A stretch of DNA of 64,000 bases. Source: Nageia nagi. Taxonomy: Eukaryota; Plantae; Pinophyta. The DNA lies in NCBI GenBank assembly GCA_050084985.1, contig JBITNC010000001.1:211668001-211732000 (forward strand), written 5' to 3'. Below the pieces are notes generated by a model that ran no database searches, was not told the origin of the DNA, and saw only the letters and a list, made by a program, of their open reading frames with translations. Both the position numbers and the translations under genes were made by a program. How positions within the stretch are numbered: the stretch's first letter is position 1; every line of letters begins with the position of its first letter. Below are positions 1-13,704 of this stretch, piece by piece.

Positions 1-966
1 ATCATACACAGGTACAACACAATAATGAGATCCAATAGCCCACAACTTGTATTAAAGATGTATGATGAACAAAGATATAATACCAAGCCCATAGACCTTA
101 ACGTTGGCCTCCAAGGAGGCAACTAGGGCATAACGAATATGATCAGTGCTGGATGAACGGAACACTGAATGGGACAACCTCACTCCCTCAGAATCTGAAC
201 CCTCTCCACCAAAGGAGCTCTCCTCAAACCCTGGCAACCAACTAAATGGTAGGAATGTGACCTTGGAATGCCACTGGATGGACTAAGGTGCTACATCTCA
301 GCCGTAGATCAACATGATCCCTCAACTTGTTAACCCTCCTAGATGCTGCACCTAGGGATGTTGCTTGACCCTGTGCCAAGACTTCTCTTCTCTGGATGGT
401 ATGAGCAATAATCAATATTTGTATATCCATGCAATGATTCTCCAATGCCTAATATAGCTCAAGCCTGGATCTAGAACATCACCTTGGAATCATCCATGTT
501 TGACCTACCCAACGTTAGCCTCCTAGGGGCCCTCAAATACCTCAAACATGTCATAAATGCCCATGCGTGGGGTGTAGAGCCTCCCTAAGGCATGACGTGG
601 GCCTCCTGGGGTGATGGGATGCCTCCAAGTCCAACGTTGGGATCCTAGAAGCCCCCCCATGTCATGCGTTGGGTTTCTAGGAGTTGTACATGTGCCAAGA
701 TCCTATTTACATGTTTATACAAGGCCTTGGGATTCCCACAATCAATTCTCGGGATCTCCAAGTACATTAAATAAAATTTAAAATCATGTTAGCCTATGCT
801 TGGGAGGAAGATGTCCCACTTGGGGCTCACAGTGGGGTGCAACGAACCTTTATAATTTCTATCTCAAGTACTAACAACTAATGCATAATTAAATAAATAA
901 ATATTTACAAAGGGGGAATCTGTGGGATTCCATAATTAATTACGTTTTGCAAAAAGGGACGTCACA
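1..966 (-). repeat. 3' LTR of element A (partial)
   Basis: Direct repeat of ~4640-5604; ends ...gggacgtcaca next to the PPT. Confidence 0.9.
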
Positions 967-989
967 AGGCCTCCCCTTTCAAAATTGCT

Positions 990-3900
990 TGCCCTCAAGC
1001 AATTACAATACAATCCAGAGTCCCAAACCCACCTCAAAGAATAGAGTCCATCATGCTCAAGTGAAAAAATCATATCAACTATGCATCCAACAAACTCAGC
1101 CTCAAGAGTGTGCACAACCACGCTCCAAAAATCAGCAAGTGTGTGATACTCAGGTCTGAAATAAAAATCAGCTTGCAATGTCTCAAAATCAGTCCTCAAG
1201 ATCAATGTACAAACATGTATCGATAGTTGGCAAAAAGGTTGCCAATGTTGGGTCTCCATAATTACACTCAAATGGTGCAAGGAGTGCCAACCAAAAAGTC
1301 TCTAACTGTGTATTGATGGCAGCCAACAAATCAGTACTTGAAATACCAACAATAATCCAAACAAAGCCTCTTATCATCACCAAACAGTCATCAATGATTG
1401 TAGCCATTAAGATAGGGGTAGCAGTCATCTTTTTAAAACTGTTTTTAGCCCTGTTAGTGATGGAACATATACATAACAGGTATGAAATTTTAGTGCATTC
1501 ATCTTCATTTAAATCAGCCAACAAATCAACCAAGCATGCATCACATCTTGAAATATGAACAACCATCTTGCAAGGAGTATTTTCAGCCATTTTGGTAAGA
1601 AAAAGAGTGCCTATCAGATCTGAAAATGCAACAACCTTATTTTCATTTAACTCAGTTCCCAATTGAGCACCAAATGAAGTGAAAACATGAATCATCATTT
1701 TCCAAATCAGCAACAAACTTATTCCCCAAAGGACAACCCCTATTAAGAGAAGAGCATTCCTTATATCATCTTCAACAGTCCTTCTTGCATCAACAATAGT
1801 GCAGCCTTTACTGAGTGTGTATTAGTCCCAAAGACATGAGCAAAGAATACAACAATAGTCGCATTTTTATCAGCAATTAATGCAGCCCCTATCAAGTGAA
1901 TAACAATCCCAGAATGGTGTTCGATTGGTGCAATAGCAGTCCTACTCTTAACAACAAATAAGATGCCCTTCCATGCTTGGACGTTTCCTCCAAAATTGTT
2001 ATAAAAGGATGAAAGAACAGTGAACATATCAGCAACAGCCAATGCACCAACGTATGCAGTCCTCTCTTGATGGATTTTAGTCCTCGATACATGGCAAATC
2101 TCCCATCAAACGCAGCCCAAACTCTGTGCCACTTAGTACAATGAAGATATGTAATACCGACAATCCCAAAGAAGTGCCAATGCATGCCATGACTGACCAA
2201 TCTTTCAGCCCTCCATACTGCAGTCAAAATATTGGCTAAAATACTCTTAGACTTGTGCAAAACAGTCCTCAAACCTGCAGCCTTTCTTTTCCATGTGCAG
2301 CCACAAAATGCAGTCCCTTTTGCTTGAAAAATGAGATAAGAATGTAGGACAAGAGTTTCCTCACATATGGGGTCAAGCAAAGCCTCCTTGGATTGAGCGT
2401 TGAGGTCCCAAGCCACTCTCAATGTTCTAGGAATAATTTCCCTAGCCTCATCAGCCTTCTTCCAATATAATATTGTCCAATCACTAATCGTATCAGTCCT
2501 CCGATAATATATGGAAGCAAGAACAAGTTTTAGGGCGGTCATCATCATGTGCACCGCACACTGAAAATCAATCTTCTTTTTCTGAAAAGTGATCAACAAA
2601 CATGAAATAGCAGTTCCTCTTTTTGCAATAACTGTTAGGGGTTTCTTATCCTGGATGTTGGTATTGACAAAGTTCTCACAAAAACTAGTGAGTGTAAAGC
2701 TACAAATGGGGACGTTGGGGTAGTAGATGTACAGCTGAACCATAGGCATGAAATCTTGATGAAACCAATCATCTCGCAAACCAATGTTGGGGTTTTCAGG
2801 AACATAATGGTCACTAAAATCAACAAGTGTACCTTCCTTCTTCTTGATGTTTTGGCTGCAACTAAATGTGTCATAAGACAATATGATGTCCTTCTCATGT
2901 TCAAATCCTTCAAGTAAAGCTATGGATTCCTACAAACACACAAACAACCAAAGTGAGCTAAAACAAGTGAGGCCATCGCCCCATGTCATGTGCCAAGGAT
3001 CCAAGTGGTTCCAAGGACCACCAAGTCTTTCATCATAGGTTGAAACTATTCTTCCTTTCTTGTCTAAGGCTGATTTGAAAACCTTCATGCTTTCATTTTC
3101 ATTCCCCATGATCACCTCCAACCTTCTTAATCTTCCATTGTGTGCTAACACACGTGGATCCCATGGAGCTAGAAGGCTATTGCAATTCACATGAAGAATT
3201 GATTCTTTCCACACATCACACTTTGAAACCGAAGGCATGAAACTAATATGTGCATACTCACAAGCTGATTGAAAAGTTTCAACATTCATATCTACATCAA
3301 GCTTCTTGTTCTTCACTACATTCTCAACAAATGGGGGTGATTGCATTTTGAAGGAAACATCTTGTAGCTCTATTTGACATACCTCATGTAGTGATACAAT
3401 GATTTCTGATTTTCCACAATTTGAAATAGCATTCTCCTCTTTGCAATCTTTATATTCCTCCATGCCAGAATCAAAGCCATCTTCACCTTCCTCATTACTA
3501 TTTACGGAAACCAAATCTAAAACAACAATGGCTCTTTCCTCTTTCTTTCCAATATTATTACTTTCAACAACACTATCCAAAATTTTTGAATTACTTTCAT
3601 AAAAATCAGAATTACTTTCATACCTTTTTGGAGTATCACAATGATGCAAAGGGTGCTGTAGAGAGTGTGCATTTGCTTTCCAGGCAATTGGTGATGCCTC
3701 CATCTTGGTCGTATGGGTAGACCTAGCTTCCTCCTTTCCTTCGCAAGTCTCCCCAAACTCCTTTGCCAACTCGTATGCCCCTTGACCCAAGAGACCCAAA
3801 TAAAGCTGAAAAGTTATTTGTTCCTTGAATTTGTTGGAAGTACCTTGATAGATTTGGAGTAGAAGCTTTAACCTTAGTGGCATTTAATGTGGCCATGGTG

Positions 3901-4183
3901 GTGGGGGTGGAATTTGAGATTCCTCCTTACTCTCCATGAGTTCTTTCTTCTTCCATCTCTCTCTTTCATAATACGTACTAGGTTGTGATAGCAGTTTATT
4001 TTCTTCATTGTGAGAAACACCTTTTTCGGCTAGCTCGATGACCAAATTCCTCACTAAGATTTTTCCCAATTCTGATTTCTTTATGCAAGATGTAGATTTT
4101 GGTGCCAATTCTATTTGCTTCATGTGGAATGCAAATTTGGCTGAACTTTCAAAAACCTCTAGCACAAAATCTGAAATCTTCAT
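990..4183 (-). pseudogene. Broken long ORF of element A interior, product unknown
   Basis: Near-contiguous ORF pieces 4183-3884, 3883-2930, 2881-1892, 2042-1761 and 1716-1189. Only small pol-like traces (LGQGAYEL; terminal LEGKQF) are recognisable. Confidence 0.55.
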
Positions 4184-4431
4184 GTTAAATTTTTCTAACT
4201 AGTGAGGATAATAGATTAGGACTTTTTATACCTGGAAATGACCTTCAAATCTAAAAATATATTTTCCAAACCCTAGATGACTTACTCTAGGAATTCAAAC
4301 TTTTTCGAAAAACTACCATTTTGACCCCGAAATTGGCTTTTTGAGTGTAGAACCTCCTAATCCACCGATTCAATTTGTCTCTAACTAGATCTTAACCATA
4401 CAGGCTGGCCAAATCTAAGCTTTGATGCCAC

Positions 4432-5604
4432 TGTAGAATCCCAAATACAAATTCAAGTGCAATTAAACAAATTCACACAAGTATACTCCAACGTCTGACT
4501 TAGGGCATCCATATAAAGCTTAAGCAATGCAATAATAGCAACGTCTGGCCTAGGATAGCAAATACAAGTATTCAACACCTCATAATGCCAACATATGGCT
4601 CATATAATCATGCACATGCAAAAGTAATCCAAGGATGCTAATACACAAGTATGCACAACACAATAATGAGATCCAATAGCCCACGAATTGTATAAAAGAT
4701 GTATGATGAACAAAGATACAATACCAAGCCTCCGGGGCTCAACGTTGGCCTCCAAGGAGCCAATTAGGGCAAAACAAATATGATCAATGCTGGATGGATG
4801 GAACACTGAATGGGATAGCCTTACTCCCTCAAAATCTGAATCCTCTTCATCAAAGGAGCTCTCCTTAAACCCTAGCCACCAACTGAATGGTAGGAATGTG
4901 ACCTTGGAATGCCACCAGATGGACGAAGGTGCTACACCTCAGCCGTAGATCAACATGATCCCTCAGCCTCTTAACTCTCCTAGATGCTGCACCTAGGGAT
5001 GTTGCTTGACGTTGTGCCATGACTTTTGTCCTCTGGACAGTATGAGCAATAATCAATATTTGTATATCCATGCAATGATGCTCCAACGCCTAATATAGCT
5101 CAAGCCTGGTTCTTGAACATCACCTCGGAATCATCCATGCTTGGCCTACCCAACATTAGCCTCCTAGGGGCCCTCAAATGCCTCAAACATGTCATAAATG
5201 TCCATGCTTAGGGTGTAGAGCCTCCCTAAGGTGTGATGTGGGTCTTCTAGGGTGATGGGATGCCTCCAAGTCCAAGTTGGGATCCTAGAAGTCCCCCCAT
5301 GTCATGTGTTGGGTTTCTAGGAGTCATACATATGCCGAGATCCTATTTATATGCTCATACAAGGCCTTGGGATTTCCACAATCAATTTTCGAGATCTTCA
5401 AGTATATTAAATAATATTAAATCATGCTAGCCTACGCTTGGGAGGAAGACGTCCCACTTGGGGCTCATAGTGGGTTCCAATGGACCTTTATAGTTTCTAT
5501 CCCAAGTACTAACAACTAATGTATAATTAAATAAATAAATATTTACAAAGGGGGAATCCGTGGGATTCCATAATTAATTACATTTTGCAAAAGGGGACGT
5601 CACA
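4432..5604 (-). repeat. 5' LTR of element A (1173 bp)
   Basis: Termini tgtagaatc...gacgtcaca; PBS adjacent. Confidence 0.9.
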
Positions 5605-6512
5605 TAAAGATATCTAAAATATGATTTATTGATTAAATAATAAACCATTTTTAGTGCCTACAACTACCATTGCACAAAAAGATCCCATTGGATGGTGGAT
5701 GTTATAGGGGTGATACACATGATTTGTGATATTTTGTAATTATGATACTTTCCTAGGTTGTTGTTTCCTCTGCTATTGAGAGGAATTGGTTCACATACAA
5801 CTTTATTCATAGTATGAGGATGAACAAACTTATATGTTGCAGAATGGAGAAGGTAGTTGTAGTGCATAGCTCTCTTTGCCTTTGTGAGAAAGTTAGACCA
5901 AAGTATTAGAAATGTTGATACAAAGGATGTTAATCAATTTGTTGATGATGAGGATCAATAGGAGTTGGTTGGAATTCCATTGAATGCTCTTCCTTTGGAT
6001 GATGAGGTTGAGTCATCAAGCATTGATAGTGATTTTGATTTTCCAACAGGAGGCATACTAGCACATGAGCCGATAGACTTCTATTTTCTGTTTTAGTTTA
6101 CTTTTTCAGTTTTTGTCATTTGACATTTTGGCATTTTGACTTATTTGACATATTCATGTCAAAGACTATGTAGTTGGCATATTCATACTTAATGGTATTA
6201 TGAATATGAATTATGATATTATTATATTATGGGTCATTTTGATTTATCATTTATAATTCAGATTTCAAATTTTTCTGATTTTTATTTGTGATTCATATTT
6301 TTATTTTATATTCAAGTCGATTTTCAAATTATGTTACATGTTTGAATTGGTCCTTGGATGAATAATGAATGTTAATGATGAATGAAACATTGAAACTATA
6401 TTTAGTTTTCATAAATTTAAAATTTTTGAGGATTTTTAACTATATACTTGTCGTTCCCTAGCTGCTATCCCTAGAAACTTGACCCCTCATCCCCCACTCT
6501 ATGACAACCTTG
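5605..6512 (+). mobile_element. 3' part of a hAT DNA transposon (interrupted by element A)
   Basis: 5768-5880 encodes SAIERNWFTYNFIHSMRMNKL (hAT C-terminal dimerisation motif ERNWSxxxxIHSxxRNRL). Its 3' end ...atgacaaccttg and subterminal sequence are shared with the element at 10921-11723. Confidence 0.8.
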
Positions 6513-7420
6513 ATAGAAAACTTAATGGTGTACAACTTGTGTTTTTGGAGGTTGAACCCTAGACTATTTTGAAAATAATAATTTTGAAGAGGGACTTGTT
6601 TGCGATGATGCTAGAATTGATACTAGGACATTTTGGTACCAAGGTGTTGGAATGTTAGGTGTTATGGCTTGGATATCCATTTCAGCCTACACTTTGCTCT
6701 TTCAACTACTTGGATAATTATGATGATTTTGCCATGATGATAGAAGATGATCTTGCATTATTGCTATCTTTTTGTAATAAATTCTAATGATGATTGATTA
6801 TGATATTTACATCTTTGAAATGAGCACTTGAGAGTGCTTTATAAAAAATTCACAAATTGAGTTTACTTAGGTGGACTCAATTTAAACAATTTGCATAGAA
6901 GATAATATTAAATTAAAGAAATTCACTTGAATTAGCCTTGATTTACCCTCAATGGGTGCAAATTGATGTTTTACATAAGTCAAATGCATCATTTAAGTAT
7001 CATTATAAATGACTTAAATGCAAATTTAAGTGTCAATAGGTTAATATGTCTGCGTGTGTATGCCTCTTTCTGTTTTCATTATAGGACATCAGGGACATGA
7101 TATGAAATATTGCAAAATGAAAAATGTTTCAAAATGTCTACAAATTGATTGGTACATGCAGAAGTAGTATACCTAGATGTTTAGCTTTAAACAAGTTCGT
7201 GCTTACTGAATGAAACACTTAAAATGGAGGAAAAAAGGGAATAAATGGGCGAACAAATCTTTCTCGAATACCATAACCATTTTCCCAGATCTGATATACA
7301 ATATTAATTCTCTGATTATTAGCTTGCAATAGTACTTTGGCAAAGACTTCAACAATGATTTTTTTTATCATGGGAGATGCTTCATATTAGAAGAATTAAG
7401 ATGGTTATGTTCTATTGCAG

Positions 7421-7504
7421 GTTGTTCCAAGCATTACAATGGTGGAAACGTATGTGAGATTATTGTTAATTGGACCTCACTCATTGTTTCGACTTCACTT
7501 TAAT
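7421..7504 (+). CDS. MED23: Mediator subunit 23, internal exon (VVPSITMVETYVRLLLIGPHSLFRLHFN)
   Basis: Acceptor ttgcag| at 7420 and donor |gtatgt at 7505. Peptide matches the recalled plant MED23 segment VVPSxAxVETYxRLLLIxPHSxFRSHF. Not in the ORF track. Confidence 0.9.
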
Positions 7505-8229
7505 GTATGTATGTACTACAATCAGACAGTATTGTCTATCTTATTTTGATTCTAATTTCATGTTTGTTGCAAAGAAACCATGTTTATTTTACACATTTGC
7601 TACTGAATTATTTATATTGGTAGCTGCATCTACAAGGATAACCAAAGGCATGAAAATAAGGCTCTTTGATCTTTGGCATTAAAATTCTTCATCTTGTAAG
7701 TTTTCACAAAACTTTGATCAGCATCTATCTGCAATGAATTGGATAACAGCATATTATTCTTTTGTGGTTGTTGCCTTCCTAACATTAGTGGCATTGGTCT
7801 CATTGTTAAGTCAAGCACTAAATTGAGCCTACATTAACGAAGAATTGGAGTATGCCATTACTATCCACATCCACGGGAATTAGCATATGTCTAGGCCATA
7901 ATTTAAAATCGAGGAAGACTGTTTTATTTGGCCAAAGTTAGTGTAAGATGAAAGACATAAATTGGTGCTTATTTAGGAGAGGAAAAAATATTTATGTCCA
8001 ATAGTGACATCAATAATTTACTGCAAATCGAGAAGAAAACAAATGGGTACAAATCAGTATTTAATCCTAAAGGTGCACACTAAAATCAAGGAAGACAAAA
8101 CTAAACATCACTAAATGAAAGCATAACACAAAATATATTTTAAATATGTAAGAATTATCACTACATGACATAAAGGATATAATCTAGTCTAGACAATATT
8201 AAAATGACTCATAGTCAACATGAATCATT

Positions 8230-9260
8230 GCAAAAGAGTCAATAGAAAGATGTTTATTGGAAAATGGGTAGGGTTGAATGGGCCTGGAATAACAATCTTT
8301 TGTGACTCTAAGAACACCTAAGGATGAGAAAGGGAACATGTTTCACAATGTTGAAAGACAACAATTCTTGTTTCATGGACAATGAGTGGTATTGAATGAC
8401 CTAGCAATGCCTTGTGAGTGACATGGCTGGACGATTCAAACATTAACAATATGCTAGGAAGTTGTAGCATCAAAAGGATGATACACTCGAGATACGAGAA
8501 AGGGGAGAGGCAACCAATCAAATGGTGTTCTGTAGGGTTCACCACTTGAGAGTAATGGCATTTCAAATTTCAAAGTGATAGAGCCAAGCAAATTTGGTTG
8601 GGTAACAAAAGAAGCTAGAAAGGTACTTTATTGAGTCTCTTAATAAGCAGTAGTATCTCCCTCATTATTATATTAGATTTCGTGTATAAAGATAAAAATG
8701 TTCTTATGTCTACTTAATGAAGGGAAGAAAGGAAGCAGATCCTGTTATTCCTAGGATTATGGTGTTTTATTTCCTTTCTCAATTGGTGGGAATATGCACT
8801 AAGTTGGTTGAGTGGTATCTGAAAGTCGTGAGTTTAATGCTATATCTGTATTGATTGATAAATTATGATATACTTACTCAAGACCGTGGAGATATATAAG
8901 AATGTGGCTATAGAACCAATTAAATGCTTCACCTTAAGATGCTTATGAAGGAATCTAACCATTAGTTTATCATCATTAGCGAACTTTACAAAGCATTCTT
9001 CTTGAAATTGTATTAAATGTTGCCTGGGATCTCCTTTCCTTAGTACTAGTTTCATTCAAAAGTTTTCTTATTTTTGCTGCTGAAGTCATAATGTTCTAAG
9101 GTCAGATCTAAGGTTTGACAAGGTTTTAGATCAGGTAGGGTTTACCGGATCTTAGATGATTTTTACAAGTGTGTTTACAAAAAGGTCATGTTCATAAAAA
9201 AGTAGGGTTTTGAGAAATATTAAATAGTTGAGTTCACCAAAATGTAGACAAAAATAAAAG
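8230..9260 (-). mobile_element. Heavily deleted Gypsy remnant (gag fragment, integrase tail, PBS/LTR junction)
   Basis: ORF 8840-9055 (KGDPRQHLIQFQEEC...LMVRF) resembles retrotransposon gag. The reverse complement of 9230-9250 reads tgtctaca-ttttggtgaactc, an LTR end followed by a PBS-like sequence. Confidence 0.5.
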
Positions 9261-10559
9261 ACAGTGTTAAAATATGCACAATTTTTCCTATCTACAAAAG
9301 AAAAATAGATTTATAGCAATATGTAGTATTAGAGATACAAAGAAGACTTATTTGGAGGGTGGAGGGTTGGAAGCTTCTGATCTTGAAGGGCAAGCCCTAA
9401 CTATAGCAGGATGACATACATGGATGATTCTAATGATGATGATATTAGAACTAATGGATATACATTTTGGAGCAGTTCAAATCGAATGCATAGATTGTTG
9501 AGCTTCTAGACCAAAACGCCTATGCCACGGGATGATGGAGTCAAAGCATTGGGCGTTTTGGGATGGCACATTGCAATGATGCATATTTTGGTGAGTTCAA
9601 CTATTTAGGGTTGCATCACTTCTAGGAAGTGCGATTTGACCTCTTTTAAATTTTCAATGATCTGCTATTGTATATGACTATATCTTGATGGAACTTTGAT
9701 AATTGTTGAGTCAAGGAAAAAGGGGTGAATGCCCTAGCTATATGATTTTGCTAAGTTGTTTGTGCAATTGCACATGGTTGTAGGTGATAATTGCTTTTTC
9801 TTGTTTCTGTCTTTGTTTCTTGTCCCTATGAGAATGAGCACTTGCGTGTGCCTTATATAGACTTGGCATGTCTAATTTTGGTTTACCTAGGTGGACCCAT
9901 GTAGAACAATGTGCATATAAGATAATGCTAAATTGAAAGATTTCACTTCTTTTTGCATACATCAAGTAAGTCACTTGAATAAAATCATTTTAGATGGTAA
10001 AAATGCAATTGTAAATCTCTTTATATATATGTAAATTGTTTACGGTGTGCAAAAGTGTTATGCTATGTAGTTTGTTGTGTTATTACACAACTGTTTTACT
10101 GGTAGAGCTACAGTAATATAAGGTGTGCATGTTTGTTTTTTAATAGAATCTCTTTCAAGTCTTTTTGAAATGTAAACTGGGCTTGAAAGAAGCCAAAAAC
10201 ATGAAATGAAAATGAAATTCAAGCTGACTTGATGTAGACCATGTAAATGCATTCAAATCTAGACCATTTCTGGAAACAGAGCAAAAGAGACATAATCCAA
10301 TCATTCTCCGCCATTTTATTTAAATTTGGCAATATCTGATAAGGGTACATTGCGGACGATGTATATCATGTACAAATGAGGAGACAGATGTGCCCACCAC
10401 CCTTATATCATCATGATGACTCATTTTTTTAAATCATACATTGAAAGCTCAAAAGCTCTGGCTTGTTGGATGCTTACTGTACCCAAGTTTATTCCCATGT
10501 TGGTTAGGTGGTTCGCTAGAGAATTGCTTGCCCACTAGAGAGTCTAAAGGTGCTAAATT

Positions 10560-10900
10560 CAGCACCGAGGACTTTATTCTTGTCACCTATAGTCTTAATA
10601 TTCCATGGCACGTTTTCAAGATATTTATTAATGATCAAAATTGAGTTTCTCTTGAGCCATACAATAAAGAGATGTAATTCAAGGCATAATATTACCCCTT
10701 TCCTCAAAGAAATGGCTTAATGTCATCATTGGTTTCAATTCTGTTATCCATGTTGAAGCATGGAACGATATAGCCATCTTGATTTTGAGGAACACTTCTA
10801 GAACCAACCAGTCTAGGATTACCTTTTGAAGCCCCGTAAAAGTTGCATTTTATCCATCCATAATCTAGTGGGAGCCATTGTATGATCGGAAGAGTCAAAT
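10560..10900 (-). pseudogene. LINE-type RNase H fragment
   Basis: WIKCNFYGASKGNPRLVG resembles the plant L1 RNase H motif WxKxNFDGASKGNPG. Confidence 0.7.
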
Positions 10901-10920
10901 CGGTCTTAGTGTCATTAATG

Positions 10921-11723
10921 CAATGGGATGTGTTTCCCCTTTTTTTTTCCCATTTCCCCGTCCCTCACGTCCCCGAGACTTGGGGATGCCTCAGGGGACA
11001 TTTCTCCGCCGACCCCTTTTTAGGGCATACGAAGGGGATATCCCTGAGATGATTTCCTAGGCCTTGGGGACGTTTCCTTTTAAAATTTGGAAATGGGGAC
11101 AGCTAGCCATCCCCACTTCTTACACACTAAAAATAAAATCTCAACTGTTTTTTTTAATTTTTTTTCATAGACCTTAGGGGGGTGGGTCCCACAAGGGTCT
11201 CCACCCCTCCAACCCTGAAAACGTCTTTATATCCACATTGCAATATTTTGTCATTTACACTTATTTGTCATTTTTGACTTATTTGACATATTCATGTCAA
11301 AGACTATGTTTTTAGGCCTTAGCATATTCATATCAAAGATTATTGACTATGATTATTAGACTATATTTATGGCTCATTCTGATTTATCATGATTCAGATT
11401 TCTGATTTTCATTTTATAATCATGTTACATGTTACTTGTTAGTATGTTAGTAGTCATAGATTTTCATTTTCAAAGTATGTTGCATTTTTGAATTGGTCCT
11501 TGGATGAATCATGAATTCTAATGATGAATGAAACATTGAAACTATATCTAATATCTACGTTTCTTAAATATGAAAATTCTAGGGATTTTTTAGTGTATAT
11601 ATATATGTATATACCTTTCGTCCCCCTCGCGTTTCCTAAAATCGGGTCGTTGTCCCCTATCATCCCTAGGGACTTGTCCCCTCATTTCCTCGCCCTCCCG
11701 TTCCCCAATCCATGACAACTTTG
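10921..11723 (+). mobile_element. Non-autonomous hAT derivative (MITE-like, 803 bp)
   Basis: Perfect 8-bp TSD cattaatg (10913-10920 / 11724-11731), CAA...TTG ends and GTCCCC-rich subterminal repeats. Homologous to ~6100-6512. Confidence 0.85.
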
Positions 11724-13704
11724 CATTAATGGGATCCATCAAACTAAAATTCAGCATATGGTATATTTTATTTTATGAAAACATCCATTATATTAATTAT
11801 GACAAATGAGGTGAAGAATTACAAAAACTTTCTGGAGAATGTTATAGTTACCTAGCTCAGGCTTAGGTGCTTCCAAAAGTATTATAAATGGTGCAAATGG
11901 TCAAGGAAGTTACCAGACTTGTGCACAAGTGGTATTCTTGCTCTCCAAAAATGTGTACTCTAGCAAGAGGTGTGAGTGTTTTTCAAAAGATCTTTCTGTG
12001 TCTGCTTTTTTCACTTAATGCAAATAAGATAGCTAATTTTACTTTTTCAAAGTCTGTTAACTAAAAGAGAATATAGATTGACTTATAAAAAGCTGTTAGT
12101 TAACAGATTAAGTTTTGTTTAACAACAGAATAATATATTATATATAGAAAAGACCTATAACTAAAATTAATAGTACATATTCTAATAAACCACCAAACAT
12201 ATGCAAACTGAATTGCCGTCCTTGATCTTCTTTGGCCTCAGAAAAATGAAAGACAAAAGTTTTATTAATATCCATGAATGACTGCCTTCCAAAATCATAT
12301 GGAGGTTTGGTTCTCAAGAGTTTCAGAGCTCTTAACAAGGCAATGGCAACCAAATTAGTCTGTCTTATGGCTACTCTAAAGGAAATCTTTGGAAGGAGAT
12401 TATGAGAGGCAAATATCTCCAGAATAAAGAACTAGCTTCAATTCTATGGGAAAGCTATTTAAAGGAAGGTTCAACTGTATGGAATCACATGCAGGAGGGA
12501 GTTAACACCATCAAATGTAAGGATCTCTGGAAAATTGGTAAGGATACTAAGCTAGATTTTTGTAAGGACAAATGGTTAACTCTAGATCCCATCCCCGAAC
12601 TCCAATCTCCAAGTTTCAAAGAGACTAAAAGTAACCTTGCTCAAAGAATGGGGATCAAGCCTCAGGAACTATATGTCACACACTTAAAGAATAAGGTGCT
12701 AAACCGAGAGTTAGAGTCCCTATACAAAAGAATTGGCAACATCAGGATTAGTGAAGATGAAGTAGATCAGCTAGAATGGCTTGGAGATGCTTCAAGAACA
12801 TATTGAGTCAGATCAGACTACATTTATAATTTGGAGCTCCCCAGCAAAAAGTCTCATGGAGAAACATATGGAGTTGTAAGTGTATTCCCAAGATGAAATT
12901 CTTTGCTTGGCTTGTCTTACTTGGTAAAATTTTAACATGGGACAACCTTCTCAAGAGGTTTTGTAGGCCCAAACAGATGCATCTTGTGAAAGAGAAATGA
13001 AAAAACCTTTAATCATCTATTCATCAAATGTGAATTTTGACAGCAAGTCTGGGATCTTTGATTAGGATCTTCTAGAGTTGTGTGTGTTAGACCAAAGAAA
13101 ATTTCTGATTGGTGGATCCAATGGACAGCACCCTGAAAATCCAAAAAACAGGCTGAGAAAACCTTCATTCCTATATCTATAAGGAATGTGTGGATTGAGA
13201 GGAATGCAATAATTTTCAGAAGTCAGTTTAAATCTTGAAAAGCAATTTGTTGATGACACAACACCCCCCTAATTTTTCGAATTTGGGGGACCCTCAGCCA
13301 AAGGATGACAATCAAGCTCAGTAAGAGTGGAGCCTTGAGAAAATCACTTTTCAAAGCATACCAAAGACAAGCTAGCCAAATATGCCCAAAGTGCAACTTT
13401 AAAATTCATCCGGAATACTTGCTTACAACAGATGAAAGAATACTTTCTAAGTATCCATGCAAGCGAGAACGAAGGAAATGCAACTATTAGATGAATTTCC
13501 AATCATGTCTCAAAGAACGTGCAAAATCACCCAATTTTTGCATCAAAGGTGGGAGTTGTGCGGCTAAGGGAGACATCTTTGTTTATTTTTAAGGCCGCCA
13601 CCATAATTCATGCCTTCCTTCTAAAACTGCCACCCCTTTGGTGACACTTGGTGCCTGAGAAGGTCCATAAAGGCAAGAGACTAAGATAGGTGCATTTGAA
13701 ATTT

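Larger units (their letters stand above)
1..5604 (-). mobile_element. Element A: non-autonomous Gypsy-type LTR retrotransposon (3' LTR cut by window edge)
   Basis: Paired LTRs at <1-966 and 4432-5604 (roughly 90% identical by eye). tRNA-Met-type PBS at 4419-4430 (rc tggcatcaaagc) and PPT at 967-980. The 3.46-kb interior has no recognisable RT, RNase H or integrase core. Confidence 0.9.

Noticed and set aside
52-5086. Recurrent short ORFs in LTRs (e.g. 242-445, 4865-5086, 60344-60649)
   Set aside because: They recur only because the LTRs are repeats; starts and stops are not conserved and no domain is recognisable.
11830-12125. Short palindromes and a 12-bp inverted repeat (tctgttaactaa / ttagttaacaga)
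   Set aside because: No TSD or clear TIR pair could be defined, which is too weak to call a MITE or RNA hairpin.
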